Assembly: GCA_001275005.1 (NCBI GenBank)
Contig: JWZX01003412.1
Span: 1 to 64,000, forward strand
Direction: 5' to 3'
From: Chrysochromulina tobinii
Lineage: Eukaryota
DNA: 64,000 nt
The notes under the pieces were generated by a model. That model was not told where the DNA came from and did not search any database. It was given only the letters and a program-made list of their open reading frames with translations. The translations under genes and the position numbers were made by a program. Positions 1-11,932 of this stretch are shown piece after piece (position 1 is the stretch's first letter; each line of letters begins with the position of its first letter).

Positions 1-190
1 TATCCGATAACGGTAGTGAGAAGAGAGAAAATGACGGTAGAGGTCACCATGGACACTCGAAAGAACCGAACCTAAAAAGGGTCACAAAGAGACACAACCC
101 AAAAGTGGGTATCTGAAAGGGAAATGCATGCATCGCACGCGTGGTGCCGAGCACCCGGCACCACCGGCGCGGCCCGGGAACACGTAGGGG

Positions 191-575
191 GTTAGGGTGG
201 GTGTTTGGCTAGCTCGCCTCTCCCGTGTTCCTTACGGAAGTAAGGAAGCATGGATGCTCACGGGAGAGGACGTTAGGGTTAGGGGTCAAAAGAGGAGAAT
301 GAGAGAAGAAATGACCCTAACCCTCACACATGACGGAACTTCACTGCCAAGTATTATCTGTCTTCTCTGTGCATCACACGAAAGGGATGTTATAAACAAA
401 ACAGCCCAAAGAGCTGGCGTCCGCCGCCACGCGGGCAAAAGGCCCCTTTCAAGGCCATGCCGGTTAGGGTTAGGGTTAGGGTTAGGGTTAGGCTGTCAAT
501 ATCCGAGGGGGTTCGCCTCCGTTCGGAAATGGCTATGGGCTTGTACTATTCTCTGCATAACCCTAACCCTAACCC
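191..575. repeat. Interstitial telomere-like TTAGGG/CCCTAA tracts in both orientations
   Basis: (TTAGGG)4+TTAGG at 464-492; TAACCCTAACCCTAACCC at 558-575; shorter tracts at 191-197, 272-284 and 315-324. The tracts are short and internal, so this is not a chromosome end. Confidence 0.85.
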
Positions 576-1248
576 GAAGGGTAGTACCAATATTGTAAGT
601 AAGAGTAAAGAGATTAATCTTATAATTTTAGTCATGTTTAATATTCTTAACACTTTAAGGCGAGTCATTATCGAAACCATGCGCGACGGGCGTGCTTCCT
701 GGTGGTGGTGCCGTTTGGGATATTGGGCAGGAGGGGCGGGGGACTGGCCATAAAGGGCTGTATCACGGTATCATACAAAGTTACAAAGTTCCCTGTATCA
801 CGGTATCATACAATCACTTGCGTCACAACTGTATCGCTGCCGCTGCTGCCGTCGCGGCCTCCAGCGCCGCTGCCGATGCCGTAGTCTCTGCCGCCATCGT
901 CGTCGCCGCTGCCGCTGCCATCACCGTTGCCATCACATGCACCCTACTCAGTGACGCACTCCGCATGCAACCAGCACTCAGCATGCAATCAGTGGGCCTC
1001 AGCATGCACCCTACTCCGTGACACCTCGACCTCATGCTGGACCCATCCCCGCGCCGCCTCGCGAGCCGCACCGCCTCGCGCACCAGTGCCTCCCTGAGCG
1101 ATCCCTTTACGATCCCTTAGCCTATCCATCGCGTGCAACAGTCATCGCGCGCTCGTGAACCGCTTGGTCACCTGCTGCGCTCTCCTGTTGAATGTCACAG
1201 GCGGATGGACACTTTACATTAGACGTCTCTTTGGACGTCAGAGGAACC

Positions 1249-4200
1249 TCACACGCGCACAGGAACTGGTCGATCGTCGTCTTCAGACGTCGTGCAGGGA
1301 CACACCAATACGAGCACATTGAAGATGATGGGCAGGATCAAGGGCACGGCGAGGAGCGCTGGGAGCAAGACTTGCATCACCGGATCCTCGGGGAACGCGT
1401 TGGTCACCACGGAGCTGACCAACGAGAAGAAGATGACGACCTGGGACACCTGCGCAAGGAAGTTGTCGTCAACTCTGAAGTAAGGAGAGTAGGCGCAAAA
1501 AGCGCCATAGCTGAGGAAGCAGATGATCAATCCAAAGATGAGCTGCGGCGGCGACCCCGGCGGGAAAAAGATGGGCAGCCCGATGAGAGCGATCTTGCGT
1601 AGGCATTCGAAGATCTCGAACCAGTACGTGCGGAGCTCGTAGCCCGCGGTCAGCTTGCGCAGCGTCGACGGCAGCTTGTCACGTAGCTTCCTGAGGGCTT
1701 CGCCGCTGGCCTGGTGCACTTCGATGGCCCTGCGCACCATCTCGTCCGTCTCCTCCGGGGTGGCAGCGGCCTCTGCCTTGAGCTTCGCGAGCTTAAAGTC
1801 CGTCTCCAGAGTGAGCTCGATGCGGCGCAAATCCTGGAGCTCGTGGCGCCCACGGAAGAATGTGAATGCATAGAAGAGTGGCACGCCGATCGGGTAGATG
1901 ACGAGCATGATGATCGCGTACACCGTGAAGCTCTGGTAGAGAGGCTCCTCACGGTTGATGGAGCGGTCGGCTCGCATCAGGTCCACGTACACCTCCCCAG
2001 GCCCTTTGAACGTCTCGCGCATGAAGAACATGAAGATCATGGTAGAGCAGCTCGGGTAGACGAGGAAGATGATGTAGATCCACAGATCCGAGCATGCATC
2101 AGCGAGGGACAGCCCAAATTCGCTCTTGCCAGAGCGTCTGTGCACGACTGATAGCAGCAGCAAGAGTATGATAGGCGTGGCCGTCTTCAGCACGAGATCG
2201 AAGATGAAGTTATTCAACGACGGAAAGATACAGCCAAAGGGCAGCATCTGGAAAGGGATGTTGACGTTGCTGATGCTCTTGAGGATTTCAGTGTAGAAGG
2301 CCGGGTAGGTCACGTCAAAGATCAACCCCTGCTGCCCGACCACCTGGAAGAGCGAGATCAAAATCCGGATCTTGACCCCGAACGACCCCACAAGTGCCTG
2401 CAACTTCGCCAACCTTGCTACCAAAACCCCATCTGTCGCCGCAGGACTCCTCGACGACGTTGCTCCCGAAACCCCTACGATCGCTGCAAGACTTTGAGTC
2501 GCTTCCTCTGTCAACTTGATCCTTGAGGCAGCTTGCCCTTGAGGTAACTTGGCGACCCTAGCCGCTCTGCGCTTGCAAATGGCCATGACCAGCGCAGCAG
2601 CGAGAAGAACCACTACGCCGCCAACAGCGTAGAAGGTGATTGTGAACACGGGGTTGCCCACGCCGGAGCACAATTGACAGGGCGTTCCGCGGCCGCCAAA
2701 GTGCAGCGGATCCTGCACGCACAGATCGCACACCGGCCCAGTGTGACCCTCCGCGCACGACGTGTCGCCCGCGATTTCGCCGCCAAGGCACGCCTTCTCG
2801 AGGTCGCACATCCGAACGTATTGCGCCCTCGGATTTTGCCGCCAGTAGCCCCGCACGACGGGGATGGTGTCGAGCATGACGCCCGGCGTGGTGCAGTTGG
2901 TCATCTGACTGCCGCCAGAGTCCTGAATGCTCACGCAGGACCTACACTCGAAGGCATCTGCTGCGACGCGGCTGCTGTCGTTGGTAGCCCGCATCATCTC
3001 GGCGCGCGTCAGGCTGGCGAACGTGCCCAACTTGCACACGCATTGGGAGACCGAGTCGGCGCCTTCGTGCACCGTCGTCGTCTGAGGCACAGGGCAGTCG
3101 AGGCACTTTTGGGGGCCAAGAGGGTTGCGTAAAAGGTTCTCGCCCGTCCAGTCCTTGTACGTGCCGATCTTGCATGGGGCGCATTGCACGCCGCCGATGA
3201 GCTCACGGCCCGCCGCACAGACGCATTGGGGGTTGCCCGCTGCATCGAGCTGGCGCACGAAGCTCGCTTGGCACACGCATTCGCTGACGTTCGTGGCTGC
3301 GGTGCCATTGGTGGTTGAGCGGTCGGGGCAGCGCAAGCAGGCGGTTTGGCTGGCGGCGTTCGTGGTCGGGTTGTAGAAACCCTGCTCGCACGCCACCTCG
3401 AGCCCGGCAGTGCACCAGAAGCCCCTGGGGCACACGCGCTCTCGAATGACAGTCACGGTCTGCTGGACCACGGTTGCGGTGGGTGCCACGAGGGCGGCCA
3501 CAGACACACCGAGAGCGGCTCCGAGGACCGCGGGATCGAGGTTGTTGAGAGCAAAAGATGGGGCCACGACGGGTGGACCGCTCGCGTTGCTGGTGGCGAT
3601 GCTGGTGGTGGGATTCGTGGTCACCGTCCGAACGATGGTGTACGTGACGATGGTGGAGCTGGTCTGCAGCCGACGCCCAACAGACGACGGAGCCGCCGAA
3701 AAGTTGAGTTGCAGGTCCTGCCACGGAATGCCGAGCTGTGCGGCGATGGTTTGGCGATACTGGATCTGACGGGACGCGTTGTTCAAGAAGGACGAGAGTG
3801 GCGCGTCAAAGGAGAGAGAGCCTGTGGCCGTCTCGACTGTCTGCGTCTCGACCGCGACCACCGGGGTCAGGCCGCCCGATGGGAGGATGATGGGCTGGGA
3901 GCCGAACGTCACGTTGTCGTTGAAGTACCCAGGGCACGAGAAGCCCGACGGGCAAGGGATGGGGAAATCACTCCCCGTCGGAGCCCAAAATCCGAAGCCG
4001 ACCGGCACGCAACCCACCGCAAACTCGAGACCCGTCCGGTTGTTGTACTTGCCGCGAGGACACGGCACAGGGGTGGCGGCGCCCTCGGCGCAGTAGTAGC
4101 CCGGCGTGCACGGATTGCACGACGTCCGACCAGCCAGCTCTTGGAAGGAGCCCGGTGCACACTTGAGGCACGTCTCCTGCCGCGGCTGGTTGTTGTACGT

Positions 4201-7200
4201 GCCCGGAGCGCACGGCACCGCCACGGCCGAGCCCACAGAGCACGACGTGCCGACCGGGCACACGACGCACTCGCTCAGGGAACCGAGGTAGCCGGTGAGA
4301 GTGAGCACGGTCTGGTTGGCGTGGGTACCGCCCGGGCAGGGCTGGGGCGCGGACGAGCCCTCGACGCACAGATAGCCTTGAGTGCATGGCTGGCAAGCGG
4401 TGCTGCCCGACGTCGACGTGAACTTGCCTGTCGGGCAGAGGTCGCAAACGGGCGTGCCGTGTTGCGCAGCATGCGACCCGGGAAGGCATGCTCTGCAAGC
4501 CGAGGCCGCAGTCGATTGGGGCACGGGGTTGGCTGTGCCAGCGGGGCAAGAGCGGCACGAGGTATTTGTCGACGATCCCTCGTCCGGGTTGTACGTGCCA
4601 GCGGGGCACGGCGAGAAGGTCAGGCTCAGGGCAGCAGCGCCAGCCAAGGGGCAGAAGCCGCCGCGAGGGCACGCCGAGCACGCGACCGAGCGCAACGTGG
4701 ATGAATAGGTTGCTGGTGCGCAGGGCGTGCATGCGGTCGCCCCAGACGTCGGGTTGTACGAGCCCGGCATGCAGGGCAAGCACGTCGATGGATCAAAGAG
4801 GCCCTGAAAGTTCACGTACTCACCCGGAGAGCAGGGGATGCAGCCGGTGCCCGTGGCCGCGTGGCGCTTGCCCGCGGGGCAGCGCGTGCACCGGGTTGCG
4901 CCGAGGACGCGCTCGCTGCCCTCCGTGCAAGCGGCGCACGCGCCGGAGACAGGATCGAGCTGGCTGTGCTCATCGCACTCGTAGCAGACGTCAAAACCGT
5001 CGTCGCGGCGAGAGGACGGAGCTGGGCAGCGCACGCATCCGTTGCCGTAGCGGCTGCGCGCGGTGCCAGGGTCGGAGCACCTGATGAAGGGCAGCAAACT
5101 GCTGGGACTGCCCTGGTTCCCAAGCAGCACGTCGAGGTCGCCGTCGCCGTCCACGTCTGCCGCCGCGATCGAGGTCGTGGGCACGTTGCCGCCGGGCAGC
5201 GCGATGCTCGTCGGGAAGGTGCTGCCGCCCGCGTTGAGCAGCACTCGGCTGCGACTGCCATAGTTCCCAAGCAGCACATCGAGGTCGCCGTCGCCGTCCA
5301 CGTCCGCCGCCACGATCGAGGTCGTGGACGCGCTGCCGCCAGGCAGGTCGATGCTCGTCGGGAAGGTGCCGTCGCCCGCGTTGAGCAGCACTTGGCTGGG
5401 ACTGTAAGAGTTCCCAAGCAGCACGTCGAGGTCGCCGTCGCCGTCCACGTCCGCCGCCGCGATCGACCACGTTTCCGCGATGCCGCCGGGCAGCGTGGTG
5501 CTCGTCGGGAAGGTGCCGTTGCCCGCGTTGAGCAGCACTTGGCTGGGACTGCCATAGTTCCCAAGCAGCACGTCGAGGTCGCCGTCGCCGTCCACGTCCG
5601 CCGCCGCGATCGAGCGCGTTTCCGCGTTGCCGCCGGGCAGCGTGATGCTCGTCGGGAAGGTGCCGCCGCCCGCATTGAGCAGCACTTGGCTGGGACTGCC
5701 ATAGTTCCCAAGCAGCACGTCGAGGTCGCCGTCGCCGTCCACGTCCGCCGCCGCGATCGAGGTCGTTTGCGCGCTGCCGCCGGGCAGGTCGATGCTCGTC
5801 GGGAAGGTGCCGCCGCCCGCGTTGAGCAGCACTTGGCTGGGACTGTGCAAGTTCCCAAGCAGCACGTCGAGGTCGCCGTCGCCGTCCACGTCCGCCGCCG
5901 CGATCGAGCTCGTTTGCGCGCTGCCGCCGGGCAGCTCGATGCTCGTCGGGAAGGTGCCGCCGCCCGCGTTGAGCAGCACTTGGCTGGGACTGCCAGAGTT
6001 CCCGAGCAGCACGTCGAGGTCGCCGTCGCCGTCCACGTCCGCCGCCGCGATCGAGGCCGTGGACGCGTTGCCGCCGGGCAGGTCGATGCTCGTCGGGAAG
6101 GTGCCGCCGCCCGCGTTGAGCAGCACTTGGCTGGGACTGCCATAGTTCCCAAGCAGCACGTCGAGGTCGCCGTCGCCGTCCACGTCCGCCGCCGCGATCG
6201 AGCGCGTTTCCGCGTTGCCGCCGGGCAGCGTGATGCTCGTCGGGAAGGTGCCGCCGCCCGCATTGAGCAGCACTTGGCTGGGACTGCCATAGTTCCCAAG
6301 CAGCACGTCGAGGTCGCCTTCGCCGTCCACGTCCGCCGCCGCGATCGAGGTCGTTTGCGCGCTGCCGCCGGGCAGCTCGATGCTCGTCGGGAAGGTGCCG
6401 CCGCCCGCGTTGAGCAGCACTTGGCTGGGACTTTGAAAGTTACCAAGCAGCACGTCGAGGTCGCCGTCGCCGTCCACGTCCGCCGCCGCGATCGAGTACG
6501 TGTACGCGTTGCCGACGGGCAGGTCGATGCTCGTCGGGAAGGTGCCGTCGCCCGCGTTGAGCAGCACTTGGCTGGGACTGCCAGAGTTCCCAAGCAGCAC
6601 GTCGAGGTCGCCGTCGCCGTCCACGTCCGCCGCCGCGATCGAGGTCGTTTCCGCGATGTCGCCGGGCAGCTCGATGCTCGTCGGGAAGGTGCCGCCGCCC
6701 GCGTTGAGCAGCACTCGGCTGGGACTGCCATAGTTCCCAAGCAGCACGTCGAGGTCGCCGTCGCCGTCCACGTCCGCCGCCGCGATTGAGTTCGTTATCG
6801 CACTACCGCCGGGTAGCGTGATGCTCGTCGGGAACGTGCCGTCGCCCGCGTTGAGCAGCACTCGGCTGGGACTGCCCTGGTTCCCAAGCAGCACGTCGAG
6901 GTCGCCGTCGCCATCCACGTCCGCCGCCGCGATCGAGTACGTGTCCACCAGTTCGCCGGTCAGCAGCGCCGAGCTGCCATCCACAAATCGAAGTGCAGCT
7001 TCACCGCTGCCCAGTGGCTCGTTCCCCGTCCTCGCCAAAGGCTTGGGGAGGCGCAGGCATCCCGGCTCGGACGACAAGGAGCAAGCCGGTGGCAAGAGCG
7101 CGGCTCGAACTCCTGGTGCAGGCTTGACACGGGCCGGCCTGGGCATGGCAACGCAACCCACCCGCCCTGGTGCCGACAGTTGGGTGGTGCGAACGCTGTC

Positions 7201-7377
7201 GGGTGGCCGTCCGGCTCAAGATCCTGTGCATAGTCCCGTGGGGGAGGGTACCGCCTGCGGCCCCGACGCTCGACGTGCCAGCCAGGCTGTGCTGGCCTGG
7301 GAGGCTGTGCTGGCGGCAAGGGCGAGGGCGGCGAGGGCGACGACAACGAGGGCAACGGCAGCCATGGTGTTGACGGC

Positions 7378-7409
<32 letters not shown>

Positions 7410-7859
7410 AAAGAAAAAAAGAAGAATGGGCTCTCGAGGGCCGCAATCGGTGCAGTCGGTGCCGTACGTGCACAACAGGGACTCGGCACCGGGGCCACCG
7501 TCATCGCAAACGGCATCGGCCGCCCTGTAGCATATGTTCGTGCAGAGTAGTGCCGCCTGAAGCGCGGGGCGGTTTGACTGGCCACTCGGGGCGACGTGCT
7601 GGTCGAGTGAGATTGCGCTCTCGAGGGCGTCGGCGACGAGCGAGGTCCCAAGTCCCAAGAGCGGCGATAACGGCGGGGGTAACGGCGATGGCGCACCATT
7701 GGTAATGCCCAAGAAGTCGAGCGCCATGACGAGAAAGATGATGCGGGCAAGTCGAGACGCGGACCCGAAGCGGCCCACCGAGCCGCGCCCAGCACAGGGC
7801 AGGGACACACAGGTGGCGCGTACAGCACCACCGCCCGACGCTGTCGAGATAAGTCTCAT
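1249..7859 (-). CDS. Large cell-surface protein: signal segment, Cys module, Pro stalk, 13 FG-GAP/VCBS-like repeats, Cys-rich (GCC2/ephrin-receptor-like) repeats, C-terminal multi-TM domain
   Basis: The 1970-aa ORF 1249-7161 has 13 xAADVDGDGDLDVLLGN motifs, many CxxCPxGxY repeats, an RRLQ motif and hydrophobic helices (FLVYPSC, YPIGVP, YWFEIFECLRK). The upstream ORF 6960-8015, in another frame, supplies a hydrophobic leader, CDDGGPG..GTDCTDCGPR and poly-Pro. The junction (frameshift or intron, about 7000-7300) is unresolved. Confidence 0.8.
5110..6940 (-). repeat. 147-bp coding tandem repeat (49 aa, about 12.5 copies)
   Basis: The unit recurs every 147 bp (e.g. gtcgaggtcg at 5131, atcgaggtcg at 5278) and is near-identical at DNA level. 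Confidence 0.95.
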
Positions 7860-8211
7860 GATGCCGCGCGCGAGCGCCGATGCGCGCAAGTAATCCGAGC
7901 GTAACGACACCTTTCGTCGATTCGAGAACGTTTTTCCTTCGAGGACTTTTCTTCGAAGTTGTTCATTCATGCATGCATGTAATGGTATGCGAGTATTGCC
8001 CGCCCGCCGGCGCACCTAGCTCGGGGAGCTGGAGTGCGTCTACCGCCCGGCAACTCCGCTTGCCTTGGAAGACAACTAATCTAGCGCTTACGCGCTAGAA
8101 ACCACCGTGAAGAGTTTTCAAGGTCGGCATGGCGCATGCTAGGCGCATGCACGGCAATTTTTCGATCACAAAACCATTACAGATCCTCGATGAGCTTTTC
8201 CTCCTAGACAC

Positions 8212-10788
8212 CTAGCATGCTTGCGATGGGCTCGCAACGCTCTCAACGATAACCACACCTGCTGCAGACGCCACGGTGCTGAATCCCGCCACAGCGCCTG
8301 CCGTCACAGCTGACGTGATCATATTCTTCTTCGTTCGGCTGATCAGCTGCGCGGCTTGCTTGGTGAGACTCGGGCCCTTGCTGCCGCCCGTGCGCCGCAT
8401 CTGCGCGTTGAGCTCCTTAAATTCGAGAAGCCCAGACTTATTTGAGTCCCACTCATTGAAGAGCATCGTGAGGTCTTCGTCGCTCGCATCGTAGCCCATC
8501 TGCTTCACGCCCTTGATGAAGTCGGGCAGGTCGACCGCGCCGCGCCCTGTCGGATCGAGCTTGTGCAGCAGGTCCATCACGCGCGCAGCCGAGCGTTGGA
8601 GCATCTCTCGGAGCGAGTAGCGCAAGTACTCCTTGTACTCCACATTCCCGGAGCCATCCACGTCAAATTCCCGGAAGAGCGCCTCGGCCGCCTTCGGATC
8701 TGCGGGCAGCCCGACTGCTATCAGCGCACGTGTGAACTCTTGCAGGTCGACCGTGCCATTGCCGTCGGCATCCCACTCGCGAAATAAATCTGAAATCCTG
8801 CTCTGGTTGTTCACGATGGCCTCACGGAGCTCATCAACGTCCTGGATCTTTGTGTTGATGCCTCGCTTGAAGAGCGACTTTTCGAGCCGCTCCCCGGTGA
8901 CAGCCTGCTGCATGGCCTGGTTATGGGCGAGGTCCCTGGCGAGCTTCTCGTTGAGAAGCCTCTCAGCCTCTCTCAGTCGTTCCAGCAAGGCCTCCCTCTC
9001 TGCATCAAAGTCGCTCACGAGCAGAGCCTTGGCTCGCTCAGCCGCGAGCCTCTCCTCGTCTCTGAGCCTCTCGAGCTCGGCAATGCGAGCTCGCTCGGAC
9101 TCGACATCGTGCATCAGGCGCGTGCGCTCTGCTTCGGCTTGCTGCTGCAGTCTCGCCTTCTCGCCTGCCAGCGCGCCCAACTGACTCTGCGCGGCAAGCA
9201 AGGCCTCCGCTTGCGACACCTCCGCCGCGCGCGCCAGCTCGAGCTGCCGCTCGATGCTCATCTGACGCGCCTCCTCCGCATCCGCGTCGAACCCGGGGGC
9301 CAAGCCGAAGCGCAACCGCAGCTCACTCTCGCTCAGCTCGATGCCAAGATCACGCAGCCGTCGCAGCCGCAGCTGAAGCTGCGCCTCGAGCCGACGCTCA
9401 CGCTCCTCGTCTCGGGCGACCTGCTTTGCGGTGCGCTCCTGCAGCCCTCGCAGTTGGGCGGCCATGCCCGGCCGACGCGCGGTCCGGATGCGCCGCGTCT
9501 CGCGCAGCAGCCGGATCTCGTTGCCGTTCATCTGTGCCACGTGGCGCTCGTACTGCTGGAGGATCTTGCCGTACAACTCAAGCATCTTCTCCTGCTCAAG
9601 GCTGTACTCCGCATCGCCCATCCCGCCGGTAGCGCCGCTAGCAACATGCTCGTCCCAAGGCCGCGACGTGGGGCGGCGCGGGCGGCGGCGGGCGGCGGGT
9701 GGCGCGAGCGTTGCGGGCGGCGGTGGCGCGGGCGGCGGTGGCAGCACTGCAGGCAGCACAGGGGCCCCAGTGCGCGTCCTATGCGGCACTGCGTGCGACA
9801 AGGGCAGCTGCGGCTCACTTCGACCCGCCCCCGCAGTACCCGCATCTCGGAGGTTATCTCGTAGGAGGAGATAGCTTCCGGACGTCAGAAAGATGCCGCT
9901 GCTGCTGCCCGCCTCCTGATCCGCTCCGTGCCGAGGGCTTAACGCGGGGTCGAGAGAGCTCCAGGTCTCCTGACGCAGATCAGGAGGCAAGTTCTCCTCG
10001 AGCAGCTGCAGCAGACCCTTATCCCCCGCACGGCCACCAGCTAGCCTCTTGACCATACTCTCGAGCTCCCCTATGCTGTCTCCTATGCTGCTGCTGCTGG
10101 AATGGACTGCTGTTGGTCCGCCACCACCCGCGCGGCGTGCCGAGCCGATGGGTTTGCTCTTTGCCGACTGCTTCGCTCTCCGAGGGCTGGGTGGCAAATG
10201 TCGCGTACCACGCGGAGCTGGCGGTGCGGGCGCAGGCATCAGCAGCAGCTCAGCCTCGCGCTCATCGTCCTCGTCCCAGGTTGGCAGCTCAGTGAGAGAC
10301 CACTTGCTCTGCGGCATGCTATGCGGCTCCTCTGGCCCAGCCACCGTTGCCTTGCCAGTACGCTGCCTCGGTGAGACTTGGGGGAGAATTGAGTTTCGTG
10401 GCGAGACTCGAGGTCGGCTATCCGGCTTGCGCCGAAGGCGCTTGTGCAACTCTTTGAAGTCGATCTGGCCACTCCCGTCCTCGTCGAGAGAGTCGAAAAG
10501 CTGCTGACACACCTCGCTGCTCGGGCTCAGCCCAAGATTGAGGAGGGCTCGTCTAAGCTCACCCACTCCGATCGTGCCAGACCCGTCCGTGTCCAGCTCG
10601 CGCATCAAATCTGAGGAGCGCGCAAGATTTTGCCAGAGCGCAGTTCGGATCTCTTCCACGAGCGTCTCGGCAGTCGCTTCAGAGTCCAGCAGCATGCCGC
10701 TCAAGTGCCCTCCACGGCCCGTCTTCGAGCGCGGAGCAATTGGTACCAAGCAACCATACACGTCTCGGTTATGCGTCTCGCCATCCAT
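8212..10788 (-). CDS. EF-hand calcium-binding coiled-coil protein
   Basis: EF loops DTDGSGTIGVGE, DEDGSGQIDFKE, DADGNGTVDLQE, DVDGSGNVEYKE and DSNKSGLLEFKE flank an E/R/A-rich coiled coil. Start (10788 or 10695) uncertain. Confidence 0.85.
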   Translation of the reverse strand: MDGETHNRDVYGCLVPIAPRSKTGRGGHLSGMLLDSEATAETLVEEIRTALWQNLARSSDLMRELDTDGSGTIGVGELRRALLNLGLSPSSEVCQQLFDSLDEDGSGQIDFKELHKRLRRKPDSRPRVSPRNSILPQVSPRQRTGKATVAGPEEPHSMPQSKWSLTELPTWDEDDEREAELLLMPAPAPPAPRGTRHLPPSPRRAKQSAKSKPIGSARRAGGGGPTAVHSSSSSIGDSIGELESMVKRLAGGRAGDKGLLQLLEENLPPDLRQETWSSLDPALSPRHGADQEAGSSSGIFLTSGSYLLLRDNLRDAGTAGAGRSEPQLPLSHAVPHRTRTGAPVLPAVLPPPPAPPPPATLAPPAARRRPRRPTSRPWDEHVASGATGGMGDAEYSLEQEKMLELYGKILQQYERHVAQMNGNEIRLLRETRRIRTARRPGMAAQLRGLQERTAKQVARDEERERRLEAQLQLRLRRLRDLGIELSESELRLRFGLAPGFDADAEEARQMSIERQLELARAAEVSQAEALLAAQSQLGALAGEKARLQQQAEAERTRLMHDVESERARIAELERLRDEERLAAERAKALLVSDFDAEREALLERLREAERLLNEKLARDLAHNQAMQQAVTGERLEKSLFKRGINTKIQDVDELREAIVNNQSRISDLFREWDADGNGTVDLQEFTRALIAVGLPADPKAAEALFREFDVDGSGNVEYKEYLRYSLREMLQRSAARVMDLLHKLDPTGRGAVDLPDFIKGVKQMGYDASDEDLTMLFNEWDSNKSGLLEFKELNAQMRRTGGSKGPSLTKQAAQLISRTKKNMITSAVTAGAVAGFSTVASAAGVVIVESVASPSQAC

Positions 10789-11006
10789 CGTGTGAATTGG
10801 CCAGGCAAAGGGCGTGCCTTTCGCTGCGCGCCGCTCCACCGCGCCTTCGATCCGGCTTTGAGGCAGGAGGGCGCCTTTAGCGCTCCTGTGGCCCGACCTG
10901 GGGGCCGAACGCTTCGTTCTTCGAACGGGTCTCTTTCTCTGTGGAGCGTTACGCGACTATATTGCATGCAACTTATCGATTCGCTACAATGTCTCTGCCG
11001 GGCCCC

Positions 11007-11932
11007 TCATCTCAGCACGTGAATGACCCCCTCAAGCTTCACGGGCACCTCCAAGACTGCTCTCGCACTCATCTTCTCATACGCCTCGCGGCGCACTCGG
11101 GAATCCACGTGTACAAAGTGCCCGGCGCCGATCGAAATCGCCGTGGAGTAGTGCGAACCAGAGGCAAGTATGCAGCCCACATAGCCGCTGCTACGAGCCG
11201 GCTGGCTCATGAAACGAGCATGCGTGTCGTAGACGACGCGTGGCAACGTTTGTCCGCTGCGCGCGTATTGTGTAGCCTTCACTATCCGTTCATCCTCTTC
11301 GGACAGCAACGGATCCCGGTGCGGCACCACGTCCAGGACGTAGTCGGCGAGTCGCAGGCCAAGCTGCTTGAGTGCGAGGGAGATGATGCTCTTCTGAAAG
11401 TCGCCAGCTTCGTTGTAGAAGCATTCCACAGGCACCCCGATGGCCTGGCTTTGCTGATCGGCAATCGCTTGGAGAGTAGCGAAGCTCACATAGGGACTGC
11501 GACCACGGGTGCAGATCCGCAAATCATGGGAAGGGAATGAGGGAGGACAGCAGGGCAGAGCCAAAGCATGCTCTGGGTGGCGGAGCGAGCGATGATGCAC
11601 CCTTGCAAGAGGTTGTTGATGGCGTGGACGGCGCAGTGGTGATCCTGCTGCCCCTCAAATGCAGCGAGTCGATGGAAACCGCTACTCCCGCCGCCGATGG
11701 CAGCACCACGAGCGGAACCCTCGACGACTGGCTGGTGCCTTGTGAGTTTATGCACCGCAGCCGCTGAGTCGCTTCCCGCCAACGGAGCCGAAGCTACCTC
11801 CCGAGTTCCGGTGCAGCAACAACAGCAGAGACGTCGCAGCCAGCGGATTCTGTCAGACTGAATCGGCTTGAGTCCTCGGCTCTCCTCGAGCGCGAGCGGC
11901 GCCTCGAGAGTTGCGGGACCGCCGGCCGCCAT
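11007..11932 (-). CDS. Josephin-domain (ataxin-3/JOSD family) deubiquitinase, 2 exons
   Basis: Exon 1 encodes FEGQQDHHCAVHAINNLLQG. A GT-AG intron at 11600-11497 (104 nt) joins it in frame to PYVSFATLQAIA...GDF...SHYST...HVDS. A Cys-His-Asp triad is recognisable. Confidence 0.85.

Noticed and set aside
197..1083. ORFs containing LGLGLG, VRVRVR, NPNPNP or poly-Ala
   Set aside because: Translations of telomeric and GCC-rich low-complexity DNA.
4812..6789. Two 642-aa ORFs (alternate frame and antisense) over the FG-GAP array
   Set aside because: Shadows of a GC-rich 147-bp repeat that has no stops in those frames; the products are not protein-like.
5110..6940. CRISPR-like repeat/spacer array
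   Set aside because: The units are in-frame coding repeats with only short variable patches; eukaryotic context and no cas genes.
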